From Lysobacteraceae bacterium (GTDB lineage Bacteria; Pseudomonadota; Gammaproteobacteria; Xanthomonadales; Xanthomonadaceae), in assembly GCA_008015095.1 (NCBI GenBank), contig SSEV01000036.1, forward strand, positions 1,949 to 65,948: DNA of 64,000 bases, given 5' to 3'. Under the pieces are notes generated by a model. That model saw nothing but the letters and a program-made list of their open reading frames with translations, did no database searches and was not told where the DNA came from. Positions within the stretch are counted from its first letter, which is position 1. Each line of letters starts with the position of its first letter. Of this stretch, positions 1-8,594 are shown piece by piece. Both the position numbers and the translations under genes were made by a program.

Positions 1-1
1 C

Positions 2-742
2 GATTTGAATCTGGTCAATTTTTCCGGCACGCGCGATCTGCTCGACGCGCAACTCGGCGACCACGCGGCGCGCGTGAACCTGGTCGAGATCGGCGACGAG
101 CGTTACTTCAACAAGGCGGCTGCGCAGAACCTGGGCGCGGCCCACAGTCGCAACGCGTTCCTGTTCTTCTGCGACTGCGACATCGTGCTTGATGCCGATG
201 CGCTTTCGGGCATGCTAGCGCTGCTGCACGCGGATCGGCACACCTTCGGCACTCTGGCCGGGGTGCGCGAATCCGAGCTAAATTCTCGTCAGGCCAATCA
301 TGTGGTGTCGTTCGGGTACGAGTTGAATATCCGTACGGCCGACGGCCGTCATCTGCGCATCGTCGACAACGAGGAAGACGCCGACAACGGTACGCGTCAG
401 GCGCCGGGCCTGCTGTTCGTGCGGCGCGAGGACTTCGAGGCCATCAACGGCTACAACGGCCGCCTGCACGGTTGGGGTTGGGAGGATCAGGACATGATCT
501 CGCGTCTTACCCTCGGTCTCGGGCTGCGGCGTATCCAGCACGGCACGGCCTTGCATCTTTCGCACGACGATCATGCGCGCATAGGCTTCTATCCCCCGGT
601 CTCCTCGCGCTGGGAAAGCCGTGACCGCATGTTTCGCGCCGCGCTCGACAACTACGATCGCCGCGATTTCTCCGGTACCTGGCGCGAGGATGTCGCGCGC
701 TTCGCCGATCGCGTGCGTCTGCGTCGCGCGGTTCCGGTCTGA
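2..742 (+). CDS. Glycosyltransferase (GT2/GT7-like), 5'-truncated by window edge
   Basis: FNKAAAQNLGA, DxD motif (FCDCD), INGYN..GWGWEDQD signature; the frame stays open to the window start. Confidence 0.85.
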   Translation, partial: DLNLVNFSGTRDLLDAQLGDHAARVNLVEIGDERYFNKAAAQNLGAAHSRNAFLFFCDCDIVLDADALSGMLALLHADRHTFGTLAGVRESELNSRQANHVVSFGYELNIRTADGRHLRIVDNEEDADNGTRQAPGLLFVRREDFEAINGYNGRLHGWGWEDQDMISRLTLGLGLRRIQHGTALHLSHDDHARIGFYPPVSSRWESRDRMFRAALDNYDRRDFSGTWREDVARFADRVRLRRAVPV

Positions 743-755
743 GAGGCGTTCCGCG

Positions 756-1754
756 GTGCAAGCCCCCAGTCTGTCCGTGTGCATGTTCGTCCGCGACGAG
801 GCGGCGGTCCTGCCGCGTTGCATCGCCAGCCTGTCCGGCCGATACGACGAACTATGCGTGATCGATACCGGTTCGTGCGATGGCACCGTGGAGTACCTGC
901 GCGGCCTCGGCGCACAGGTGCGCATCGATACGTCCTGTAACGGCGCCGATGGCGCGATCGAGGATTTCGCGCGCGCCCGCGACGCCGCGCTGGCGATAGC
1001 CCGTTGCGACTGGGTGCTGCAGATCGACGCCGACGAGGTGCTGGAAGCAGACGACGGCGCCCTCTCCCGCGCCATCGCCCATGCCATGTGCAGCGTCGGC
1101 GGCGGCTGCGTCGGCGTGGGCCTGCGTTCGGACGGCGCGGAATGGGTCTCGGGGCGGCTGTTCCGGCGCGCCGACGCTCGTGGCTATCGCAGCCCGATCC
1201 ACGAATATCTCGAATACGACGGGGCTTTCACCATTGCCCACGACATCATCGTGCGCAATCTGCCTAACAAACGCGGCAAGGAATCCGCCGACGCACGCAA
1301 TACGCGCATCCTGCGCGCGGCGCTTGCGCGCGACTCCGACAATGCCCGGCTCTGGCATTTCCTCGGCAACGAACACCGTCGCACGCACCGCGATCGCGAG
1401 GCTGCCGAATGCTATGCGCGCGCGCTTGAGATCGGCAGTTTCGCGCTAGGCCGTTACCACAGCGCTTATTATCTGGGGTGTTGCCGCTTGATCCTGGGCG
1501 AACTGGATGCGGCCATCGATGCGGCACGCACCGCGATCCGGATCGATCCAGGTTACGCCGAAGGCCATTGCCTGCTGGCCGATGCGCTGCAACTGCAGGG
1601 GCAGACGCAGAGTGCGTTGGCGGCCTACCGCGACGCGATGGCCTGTGGCGCGCCGCCGGTCGACGCGGTGATGGCCGTTCAGCGCTGGGCTTACGACGAG
1701 CATCCGCGCGCGCAGATCGCCATGTTGGAGCGCAAGTCCGGAGGTGGATCTTGA
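756..1754 (+). CDS. GT2 glycosyltransferase with C-terminal TPR repeats
   Basis: SLSVCMFVRDE..DTGSCDGT..DFARARD..IDADE..IHE followed by TPR-like helices; GTG start at 756 after GAGAGG. Confidence 0.85.
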   Translation: MQAPSLSVCMFVRDEAAVLPRCIASLSGRYDELCVIDTGSCDGTVEYLRGLGAQVRIDTSCNGADGAIEDFARARDAALAIARCDWVLQIDADEVLEADDGALSRAIAHAMCSVGGGCVGVGLRSDGAEWVSGRLFRRADARGYRSPIHEYLEYDGAFTIAHDIIVRNLPNKRGKESADARNTRILRAALARDSDNARLWHFLGNEHRRTHRDREAAECYARALEIGSFALGRYHSAYYLGCCRLILGELDAAIDAARTAIRIDPGYAEGHCLLADALQLQGQTQSALAAYRDAMACGAPPVDAVMAVQRWAYDEHPRAQIAMLERKSGGGS

Positions 1755-2482
1755 ATGCGTGCGCTGCGAAACTGCGCGCCGCACAACACGCCGCGCAACA
1801 GGCCGCGCCGCAGCGACCACGCCTGCCCGCGATCGATCTCGATGCGCGCCTGCGCGATGTGTTCGTGCGCCAGCAAGTGGATCTGGTCATTGACGTCGGC
1901 GCCAATCTCGGCCAATTCGTCGCAGAGATCCGTGGTTTCTATCGCGGAGAGGTGGTGTCCTTCGAGCCGATTCCCGAAGTGTTCGCCGCGTTGGACGCCG
2001 TCGCCGCTCAGGATCCGCTCTGGCGCTGCAGCAACTGGGCCCTGGGCCGGGACTGCGGCGATGCGCGCCTGCATGTCTGTCCGTCCCACGATTTCAGCTC
2101 ATTGCTGCCCCCGAACGCGTATTGCGCGCGACGTTTCGGCCGGCAGGCCGCGACCCAGCGCATCGTGCCCGCGCGCATGCGCCGGATGGATCGCGCGCTC
2201 CAGGCGATGGGTGTCGCCAGCGCAGGGCGGCGGGTATTTCTGAAAATGGACACACAGGGCTACGATCTGGAGGTGTTCGCCGGCATTGGCGACTGCCTGG
2301 AGGACGTGGTGGCGATCCAATCCGAGCTATCCCTGATTTCGCTGTACGAGGGTATGCCGCACTGGTTGCACAGCCTCGCCGTCTACGAAGCCGCAGGTTT
2401 CGGCGTCGTCGATCTGTATCCGATCACCCGCGATACGGATCGGGTCATCGAATACGATTGTCTGTTGGTCAGAAAAGGATAG
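1751..2482 (+). CDS. FkbM-family SAM-dependent methyltransferase
   Basis: IDVGANLGQF, SFEP, LKMDTQGYDLEV motifs; TTG start overlaps the upstream stop, preceded by GGAGG. Confidence 0.85.
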   Translation: MNACAAKLRAAQHAAQQAAPQRPRLPAIDLDARLRDVFVRQQVDLVIDVGANLGQFVAEIRGFYRGEVVSFEPIPEVFAALDAVAAQDPLWRCSNWALGRDCGDARLHVCPSHDFSSLLPPNAYCARRFGRQAATQRIVPARMRRMDRALQAMGVASAGRRVFLKMDTQGYDLEVFAGIGDCLEDVVAIQSELSLISLYEGMPHWLHSLAVYEAAGFGVVDLYPITRDTDRVIEYDCLLVRKG

Positions 2483-2645
2483 TGCGCCAATGGCGTTGTC
2501 GACGCGCGAAAGTCCGGATCACCGACGCCCGCGGGTCATGGGGCGCGCGGGCATCGCGGCGGTCAAAGCGGAGCCCGGCGCCGACGGCGTCGGGCGCGTG
2601 CTCTACCCCGGATTTCACTCCGGATTCCACCCCATATTCCGCACC

Positions 2646-3992
2646 ATGTTCCGACGCGTGTTCGCGCTGTGCCTGCTCGCACTGTTCGCCGCAGCTGCGT
2701 CGGCAGAGGATCAAGCGGTCGCCGGCGCTGGGTTCGATGTCGAACGCTATCGATTGCAACTGCGGCCCGACATCCAGGCCGGCACGCTCTCGGGGCAGAT
2801 GCAGATCTTCGCCAAGGCGCGCCGGGACGGGCTGGAGGCAGTGGTGTTCGATGCCGGCGAACTTGAGATCGCGCATGTGCGTGAGGATGGCGACGATCTC
2901 GCGTTCACGCGCGAAGGATCGCAATTGCGCATCCGCCTGCCGAAGCCGGCGCGCGCCGGCACGCGCCTGCGTTTCGAGATCGCCTACAGCGGCCGCCCGA
3001 AACACGGGCTGCAATTCCACCCGCAGCGGCGTGAGCTGTACACCATTTTCTCCACCAGCCAATGGATGGTCTGCGTGGATGCGCCCGCCGAGCGCGCAGC
3101 GTTCGAACTGGTATTGATCCTCCCACGCGATCTGCGTGTGGCCGCCAACGGGCGCGCATTTCCGGCGCGCGATATCGAGGGCGGCCTGCGCGCGCACCGC
3201 TGGCGGCAATCCGAACCGATGCCGAGCTTCCTGTATGGCTTCGCCGCTGCGCCTTACCACGAAGCGGTGGAACGCCAAGGCGGGACGCGCCTGCGTTATC
3301 TCTCGATCGATCTCGATCGCGAACGTCTGTTGAAAACCTTCGCCGATACACGCGACATGTTGCGCTTCTTCGAACATCGCGCGGGTTTCCCCTATCGTGG
3401 CGATTATGCACAGGTGCTGGTCGCGCGGACTGTGGGCCAGGAGATGGCCGGTTTGGCCGCGATCTCCGAAGAGTACGGCGCCAAGGTGCTCGACGATCCG
3501 CAGAATCGCGCCCTGCTCGCGCACGAATTGGCGCATCAGTGGTGGGGCGCGGCGCTGACCTGCCGCGACTGGGGCCACTTCTGGCTGAACGAGGGCTTCG
3601 CCAATTTCATGGCTGCGGCGTGGCTGGAGCATCGCTTCGGCGAGGCGGCCTATCGCGCGCAGGTCGAGGGCTGGGAGCGTCGCGTGCAGCGTCTGCGCAC
3701 TGAGAGCGTGGATCATCCTCTGGTTTACGCGCGTTGGTTCCGGCCGACTTCCAACGACCGCGCCGTGGTCTATCAGAAAGGCGCGTACGCCTTGCATCTG
3801 CTGCGCCAGCGACTGGGCGAGGACAGGTTCTGGCGCGGAATTCGCGCCTATACCCGCGCGCACCGAGGCGGTTCGGTCACGACCGAGGATTTCCGGCGCG
3901 CCATGGAGCGCGCCAGCGGCGAGAATCTGGCCGACTTTTTCGCCGAATGGGTCGAGGGCTCGTCTGCTCGGGAGGCGTCGCCGGGCGGATGA
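2646..3992 (+). CDS. M1-family zinc aminopeptidase, probably exported
   Basis: HELAHQWWG...WLNEGFA, VYQKGA; signal peptide MFRRVFALCLLALFAAAASA from ATG 2646. Confidence 0.85.
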   Translation: MFRRVFALCLLALFAAAASAEDQAVAGAGFDVERYRLQLRPDIQAGTLSGQMQIFAKARRDGLEAVVFDAGELEIAHVREDGDDLAFTREGSQLRIRLPKPARAGTRLRFEIAYSGRPKHGLQFHPQRRELYTIFSTSQWMVCVDAPAERAAFELVLILPRDLRVAANGRAFPARDIEGGLRAHRWRQSEPMPSFLYGFAAAPYHEAVERQGGTRLRYLSIDLDRERLLKTFADTRDMLRFFEHRAGFPYRGDYAQVLVARTVGQEMAGLAAISEEYGAKVLDDPQNRALLAHELAHQWWGAALTCRDWGHFWLNEGFANFMAAAWLEHRFGEAAYRAQVEGWERRVQRLRTESVDHPLVYARWFRPTSNDRAVVYQKGAYALHLLRQRLGEDRFWRGIRAYTRAHRGGSVTTEDFRRAMERASGENLADFFAEWVEGSSAREASPGG

Positions 3993-5254
3993 ACGGACCT
4001 TTGTTCCGACGCGAAGCGCTCGAAGCCAAGCGCGCAGGTTGGTTGGGCGCGATCACGCTGGCGCGGCCGCTGGGTATGCGGCTGCTGGCGTGGATCACGG
4101 TCGCCGTGGTCGCATCGGTGGTGTTGTTTCTGGTGTCGGCCGATTACACCCGGCGCACGCGCGTGGCCGGTACGCTCGCGCCGATCGCCGGAGAAGCGGT
4201 GGTGCTTGCGCCGGCGACCGGCGTGGTGGCGCAACTGGCCGTCGGCCAGGGCGAACGGGTCAAGAGCGGTCAATCGCTGGGCGTGTTGTCGGTGCCGCGC
4301 GCCACGCGCGAGGATGGCGATACCGCGCGTGCGCTGGCGCAAGGGATCGCGCAACGGCGTGGATTGCTGCAGACGCAGGCGCGCGCCGAACGCGAGGAGC
4401 GTGAACGCCGCGGCGACGGTTTGCGGCGGCAGCTTGAAGATGCGCGTCGCGAGCGCGTACAGCTTGAAGCGGAAATCTCCACCAGGCGCGAGCAGGTCGC
4501 GATTGCGCGCGATACGCTCGAACGCATGCGCCAGTTACGCGAATCCGGTTACGTCAGCGAGTTGCAGGCACGCCAACAGCAGACCGCGATGCTGGACGGC
4601 ATGGCCGCAGTGCAGGCGTTAGGCCGTGAGCAGACGCAGCTTTCGCGCAGCATCGCCGCATTGGAACAGGAGCTGGCCGCGCTCGATCCGCTCGACAATG
4701 CCGCCGCCGCCGAAAGCGGTCGTCTGCTTTCCGAGCTGGAGCGCGAACGCATCGAGGCGGCTGGCGAAGGAGAGGCCCTGATCGCCGCGCCGGTCACGGG
4801 CGTGGTCGCCAACCTGCCGGTCAAATCGGGGCAGACGGTGACGGCGGGGCAACCGTTGCTGACGCTGTTGCCGGGCGACGGCGCGCTGGAGGCCGAACTG
4901 CTGGTGCCCAGCCGCGCGGTCGGCTTCGTCGATCCGGGCGATCGCGTGCTGCTGCGCTACCGCGCCTACCCTTATCAGAAATTCGGTCATCACCGCGGCC
5001 GCGTGCGTCTGGTCGGACGCAGCGCGCTCACCGGCGCCGAGCTGACCGGCCGCGCCGCCCTGACCGAGGAGGGGGAGTCCTATTACCGCGTCGTAGTGCG
5101 CCTGGATCGCCAAAGTGTCCGCGCCTACGGTCGCGAGGAGCGCTTGCAGCCGGGCATGGCGGTCGATGCGGAGATCCTGGGCGAACGCCGACGTCTGATC
5201 GAATGGGTGTTCGAGCCCTTGTACTCGCTGCGCGGCGCGCTTGAGGACGAATGA
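3989..5254 (+). CDS. HlyD-family membrane fusion protein (CvaA/RaxA-like)
   Basis: LFRREAL N-terminus, TM helix, coiled coil, AYPYQKFG, LQPGM..A; ATGA overlap with both neighbours. Confidence 0.92.
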   Translation: MNGPLFRREALEAKRAGWLGAITLARPLGMRLLAWITVAVVASVVLFLVSADYTRRTRVAGTLAPIAGEAVVLAPATGVVAQLAVGQGERVKSGQSLGVLSVPRATREDGDTARALAQGIAQRRGLLQTQARAEREERERRGDGLRRQLEDARRERVQLEAEISTRREQVAIARDTLERMRQLRESGYVSELQARQQQTAMLDGMAAVQALGREQTQLSRSIAALEQELAALDPLDNAAAAESGRLLSELERERIEAAGEGEALIAAPVTGVVANLPVKSGQTVTAGQPLLTLLPGDGALEAELLVPSRAVGFVDPGDRVLLRYRAYPYQKFGHHRGRVRLVGRSALTGAELTGRAALTEEGESYYRVVVRLDRQSVRAYGREERLQPGMAVDAEILGERRRLIEWVFEPLYSLRGALEDE

Positions 5255-7443
5255 ACCGGATGCGCATCCAATTGCAGAGCGAGCTGGCCGAATGCGGTCT
5301 GGCCTGTCTGGCCATGATCGCATCGCATCATGGCCACGACATCGGCCTGTTCGAGTTGCGTCGGCGTTTCCCGCTCTCGCTCAAGGGCGCGCGTCTGGCC
5401 GATCTGGTCAGGGTCGGCAATGCGATGGGTTTCCAGGCACGCCCGGTGCGCTTGGAATTGGAAGCGCTCGGCCAGTTGCGAATGCCCTGCATCCTGCATT
5501 GGGACATGAATCATTTCGTGGTCCTGCGCGAAGTGCGTGGCGGCTATGCGCGCGTCGTCGATCCGGCCTTCGGCGACCGGCGCTTGCCGCTGAGCGAAGT
5601 CTCCGAACGTTTCAGCGGCGTCGCGCTCGAATTGACGCCCCATGACGGTTTCGCGCCGCGCGCGGCGCGGCCGTCGATCTCACTGCGCCAGCTCAGCGGC
5701 GGCGTCTCCGGTCTGTGGCCGGCGCTGGTCCAATTGTTGGCGTTGTCGGTCGCACTGCAGGCGGTGGCGCTGATCGGTCCGTTTTTCATGCAATGGGTGG
5801 TGGACCAGGTGCTGGTCGCCGCCGACCGTGGGCTGCTGCTGGTGCTGGCCGCAGGCTTCGGCCTGTTGATGCTGCTCCAGGTCACGATCTCGATGCTGCG
5901 CGGGTGGACCGTGATGTACCTTTCGGCCTCGGTCAATCAGCAATGGACCGCGAACGTCTTCGCGCACCTGATCCGGCTTCCCCTCGACTTCTTCGAGAAG
6001 CGCAACATCGGCGACATCACTTCGCGCCTGTCCTCGGTGCAGTCGATCCAGCGGACGCTCTCCACCAGCTTCGTGGAGGCGATCATCGACGGGCTGATGG
6101 CCAGCATCACCCTGGCGATGATGATCGCCTACAGCCCGCGGCTGGCCGCGATCAGCGCCGTGGCCGTGGCCGGATATCTGCTCATGCGCGCCGTGCTTTA
6201 CCGCAGCCTGCGCGAGATCACCGAACGGCACATGGTCGCCTCCGCGCGGCAGCAGACCCATCTGCTCGAATCGATCCGCGGCATGCAGAGCATCAAGCTC
6301 GCCGGCGCCGAAGGGCTGCGTCGTTCGGTGTATTCCAATCTGGTCGTCGACAGCGTCAATCTCGAATACCGCGTGGCCCGGAACACGTTGGGCTTCTCCG
6401 GCGCCAACCAGTTGTTGTTCGGCATCGAACGCATTCTCGTGGTCACGCTCGGCGCGATGTTGGCGATGGACAATCTGTTCTCGGTCGGCATGTTGGTCGC
6501 CTATCTGGCCTACAAGGATCAGTTCGTGATGCGCAGCGCGGCGCTGATCGACAAATGGGTGGACCTGCGGATGCTGCGCCTGCATGCCGAACGTCTCGCC
6601 GACGTGGTCCTTACCGAACCGGAGGTCGCCGAAGCGGCGGATATCGCGCGCCCGGCCCTGATGCCGGTCGAGACCGCGGAAGCGAGCGCGTCTCTGCGCA
6701 TCGAAGTACAGGATCTGTCGTTCCGTTATGGCGATGGCGAGCCCTGGATCCTGCGGCACTGCAGCTTCACGGTCGACGAAGGCGCCGCGGTGGCCCTGGT
6801 CGGCCCTTCCGGTTGCGGCAAGACCACCTTGGTGAAACTGATGCTGGGGCTGTTGCCCGCGACGGAGGGCCGCATTCTTGTCGACGGCGTGGACATCCGC
6901 GCGCTCGGCTTGGAGGCCTATCGTCGCAGCGTCGGCGCAGTGATGCAGGAGGACAGTCTGTTCGCCGGCAGCATCGCCGACAACATCGCGTTCTTCGACC
7001 CGGAAGCAGATCCCGCCAGCGTGGTGAAGGCCGCGGAGATGGCGGCGATCCACGATGACATCGCGGCGATGCCGATGGGCTATCACAGTCTGATCGGCGA
7101 TATGGGCAGCTCGCTTTCCGGCGGGCAGCGTCAGCGGCTGATGCTGGCGCGCGCGCTCTACCGGAAACCCGGACTGCTTTTTCTCGATGAGGCCACCAGT
7201 CACCTGGATCTGCGTCGCGAGCGCTTGGTCAACGAGGCGGTACGCGCATTGGCGACCACGCGCGTGGTGGTGGCGCATCGCCCGCAGACGATCGCCATGT
7301 GCGACCGTGTCCTGCGTCTGGAAGGCGGGGGCGTGGTCGAAGCGAAGGCCGGCGACACCGAGAACGGCGATGCCGATTCCGCATTCGCACCTGTCGGCCC
7401 CGCGTCACGGCCGCATTCCGTTACGCAACCGCAGGAAAGCTGA
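5251..7443 (+). CDS. Peptidase C39-containing ABC transporter (PCAT; CvaB/RaxB-like)
   Basis: QSELAECGLAC and LHWDMNHFVV (C39 Cys/His), TM domain, GPSGCGKT, LSGGQ, LDEATSHLD. Confidence 0.95.
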   Translation: MNRMRIQLQSELAECGLACLAMIASHHGHDIGLFELRRRFPLSLKGARLADLVRVGNAMGFQARPVRLELEALGQLRMPCILHWDMNHFVVLREVRGGYARVVDPAFGDRRLPLSEVSERFSGVALELTPHDGFAPRAARPSISLRQLSGGVSGLWPALVQLLALSVALQAVALIGPFFMQWVVDQVLVAADRGLLLVLAAGFGLLMLLQVTISMLRGWTVMYLSASVNQQWTANVFAHLIRLPLDFFEKRNIGDITSRLSSVQSIQRTLSTSFVEAIIDGLMASITLAMMIAYSPRLAAISAVAVAGYLLMRAVLYRSLREITERHMVASARQQTHLLESIRGMQSIKLAGAEGLRRSVYSNLVVDSVNLEYRVARNTLGFSGANQLLFGIERILVVTLGAMLAMDNLFSVGMLVAYLAYKDQFVMRSAALIDKWVDLRMLRLHAERLADVVLTEPEVAEAADIARPALMPVETAEASASLRIEVQDLSFRYGDGEPWILRHCSFTVDEGAAVALVGPSGCGKTTLVKLMLGLLPATEGRILVDGVDIRALGLEAYRRSVGAVMQEDSLFAGSIADNIAFFDPEADPASVVKAAEMAAIHDDIAAMPMGYHSLIGDMGSSLSGGQRQRLMLARALYRKPGLLFLDEATSHLDLRRERLVNEAVRALATTRVVVAHRPQTIAMCDRVLRLEGGGVVEAKAGDTENGDADSAFAPVGPASRPHSVTQPQES

Positions 7444-7481
7444 GCGTGGCGGCGAAGCCTGAAGCGCTATTGAGCCGGCGG

Positions 7482-8360
7482 TTACGACGCCATCGCCGCT
7501 TCGACACCGTCCAATAGCGCAGCGAAGTCAGCGATCCGCCGTATCGCCGCGCGCGCCTCGGGAAACGCCGAGCATGCCGCGTTCACCGCCACCACCGTCC
7601 GCATTTCGCGCAACAGCCGCTCCGGGCTTTGGTAATGGAAGAAGATCGGCGTCGGGCCATCGCCCAAAGCGAGGCTCCAGCTTGGAAAATTCCAGGTCAG
7701 CGGCAATGCGTGGATCGCGGCCCCGAGTCGCGCGGCGGCGAGCGTGAGCGCCACTTGATCGAGAAAACGGTCGCGGATGTTCGACGCCAGATCCGGCAGA
7801 GCACGCAGGCGGCGGCAGGTGTCGCCCCAGCAATCGCCGAATCCCGGTTCGTTGCGCACCGCGATGAAGCCACCGTTGAAATAAGGCACCGTGCGTTGCT
7901 GCGAGATCAACGCCACCAGTCGCCGAGGCGGCAGCGCCAGTCCGAATTCGGCGTGGAAACCCGCCCAGGCCGCGTCGTCCGCGATCGCCACGCTCGCCGG
8001 CACCGCAGCGATGTTCGCCGCGGGCAATATATCCTCGCCGAAGCCGCGCATCATCAGGATATCGCTGTCGATATAGACGTTGCGTGCGCAGTCGCCGGCC
8101 AGATTCAGACAGCCCATTTTGTTGCCGTAGGGAAAATCGTCGGCGATGGCGTTGCGCACGGGCCGTATCGCCACGTCAAGCGCGCGCAGCGCACGCAAAG
8201 TCTGCGGGTCCGGTGCCGGCCAGTGCTCGGGCGGCTCGGGTACGGCCGCGGTCAACGCATGCGCATCGCCGAAGTGCAGCCGCATCGAGGCCGCCAGCAG
8301 CAGAGCCTTGCCTTCCAGCGCGCCGCCCTGGCAGATGAAGACGAAGTGGGTGCGTTCCAT
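7482..8360 (-). CDS. GT-A fold (GT8-like) glycosyltransferase
   Basis: YIDSDIL (DxD), YFNGGF, DQVAL, WNFP, FFHY pattern typical of GT8-like proteins. Confidence 0.6.
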   Translation of the reverse strand: MERTHFVFICQGGALEGKALLLAASMRLHFGDAHALTAAVPEPPEHWPAPDPQTLRALRALDVAIRPVRNAIADDFPYGNKMGCLNLAGDCARNVYIDSDILMMRGFGEDILPAANIAAVPASVAIADDAAWAGFHAEFGLALPPRRLVALISQQRTVPYFNGGFIAVRNEPGFGDCWGDTCRRLRALPDLASNIRDRFLDQVALTLAAARLGAAIHALPLTWNFPSWSLALGDGPTPIFFHYQSPERLLREMRTVVAVNAACSAFPEARAAIRRIADFAALLDGVEAAMAS

Positions 8361-8398
8361 CGAATATGTGTGTAAGAGTCAAGGATGGCCGCCGCGAC

Positions 8399-8436
8399 TT
8401 GAAAGACGCACAGGGTTGCGTTTTTCAACAACCTGC
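8399..8436. repeat. Palindromic repeat related to the element at 38045-38180
   Basis: TTGAAAGACGCA-CAGGGT-TGCGTTTTTCAA followed by CAACCTGC; close to 38050-38080. Confidence 0.6.
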
Positions 8437-8594
8437 CGAGGGCGGCACGGGCGCGACCATGGGCGTTATACGTGGTTCGAGCCATGATGCAAAGGCGCAA
8501 AACGAAAGACTGCAAACGTCTTCGCTGGCGTACGGGCGCGAGTCCGAGAATCTGCCGGACTCGCCGTCCGACCAGGTGTGCGCCGCCGCCGGCA

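Noticed and set aside
3989-7443. Calling the exporter raxA/raxB of a RaxX sulfopeptide system
   Set aside because: Same family, but no sulfotransferase or RaxX-like peptide is visible, so no gene symbols were assigned
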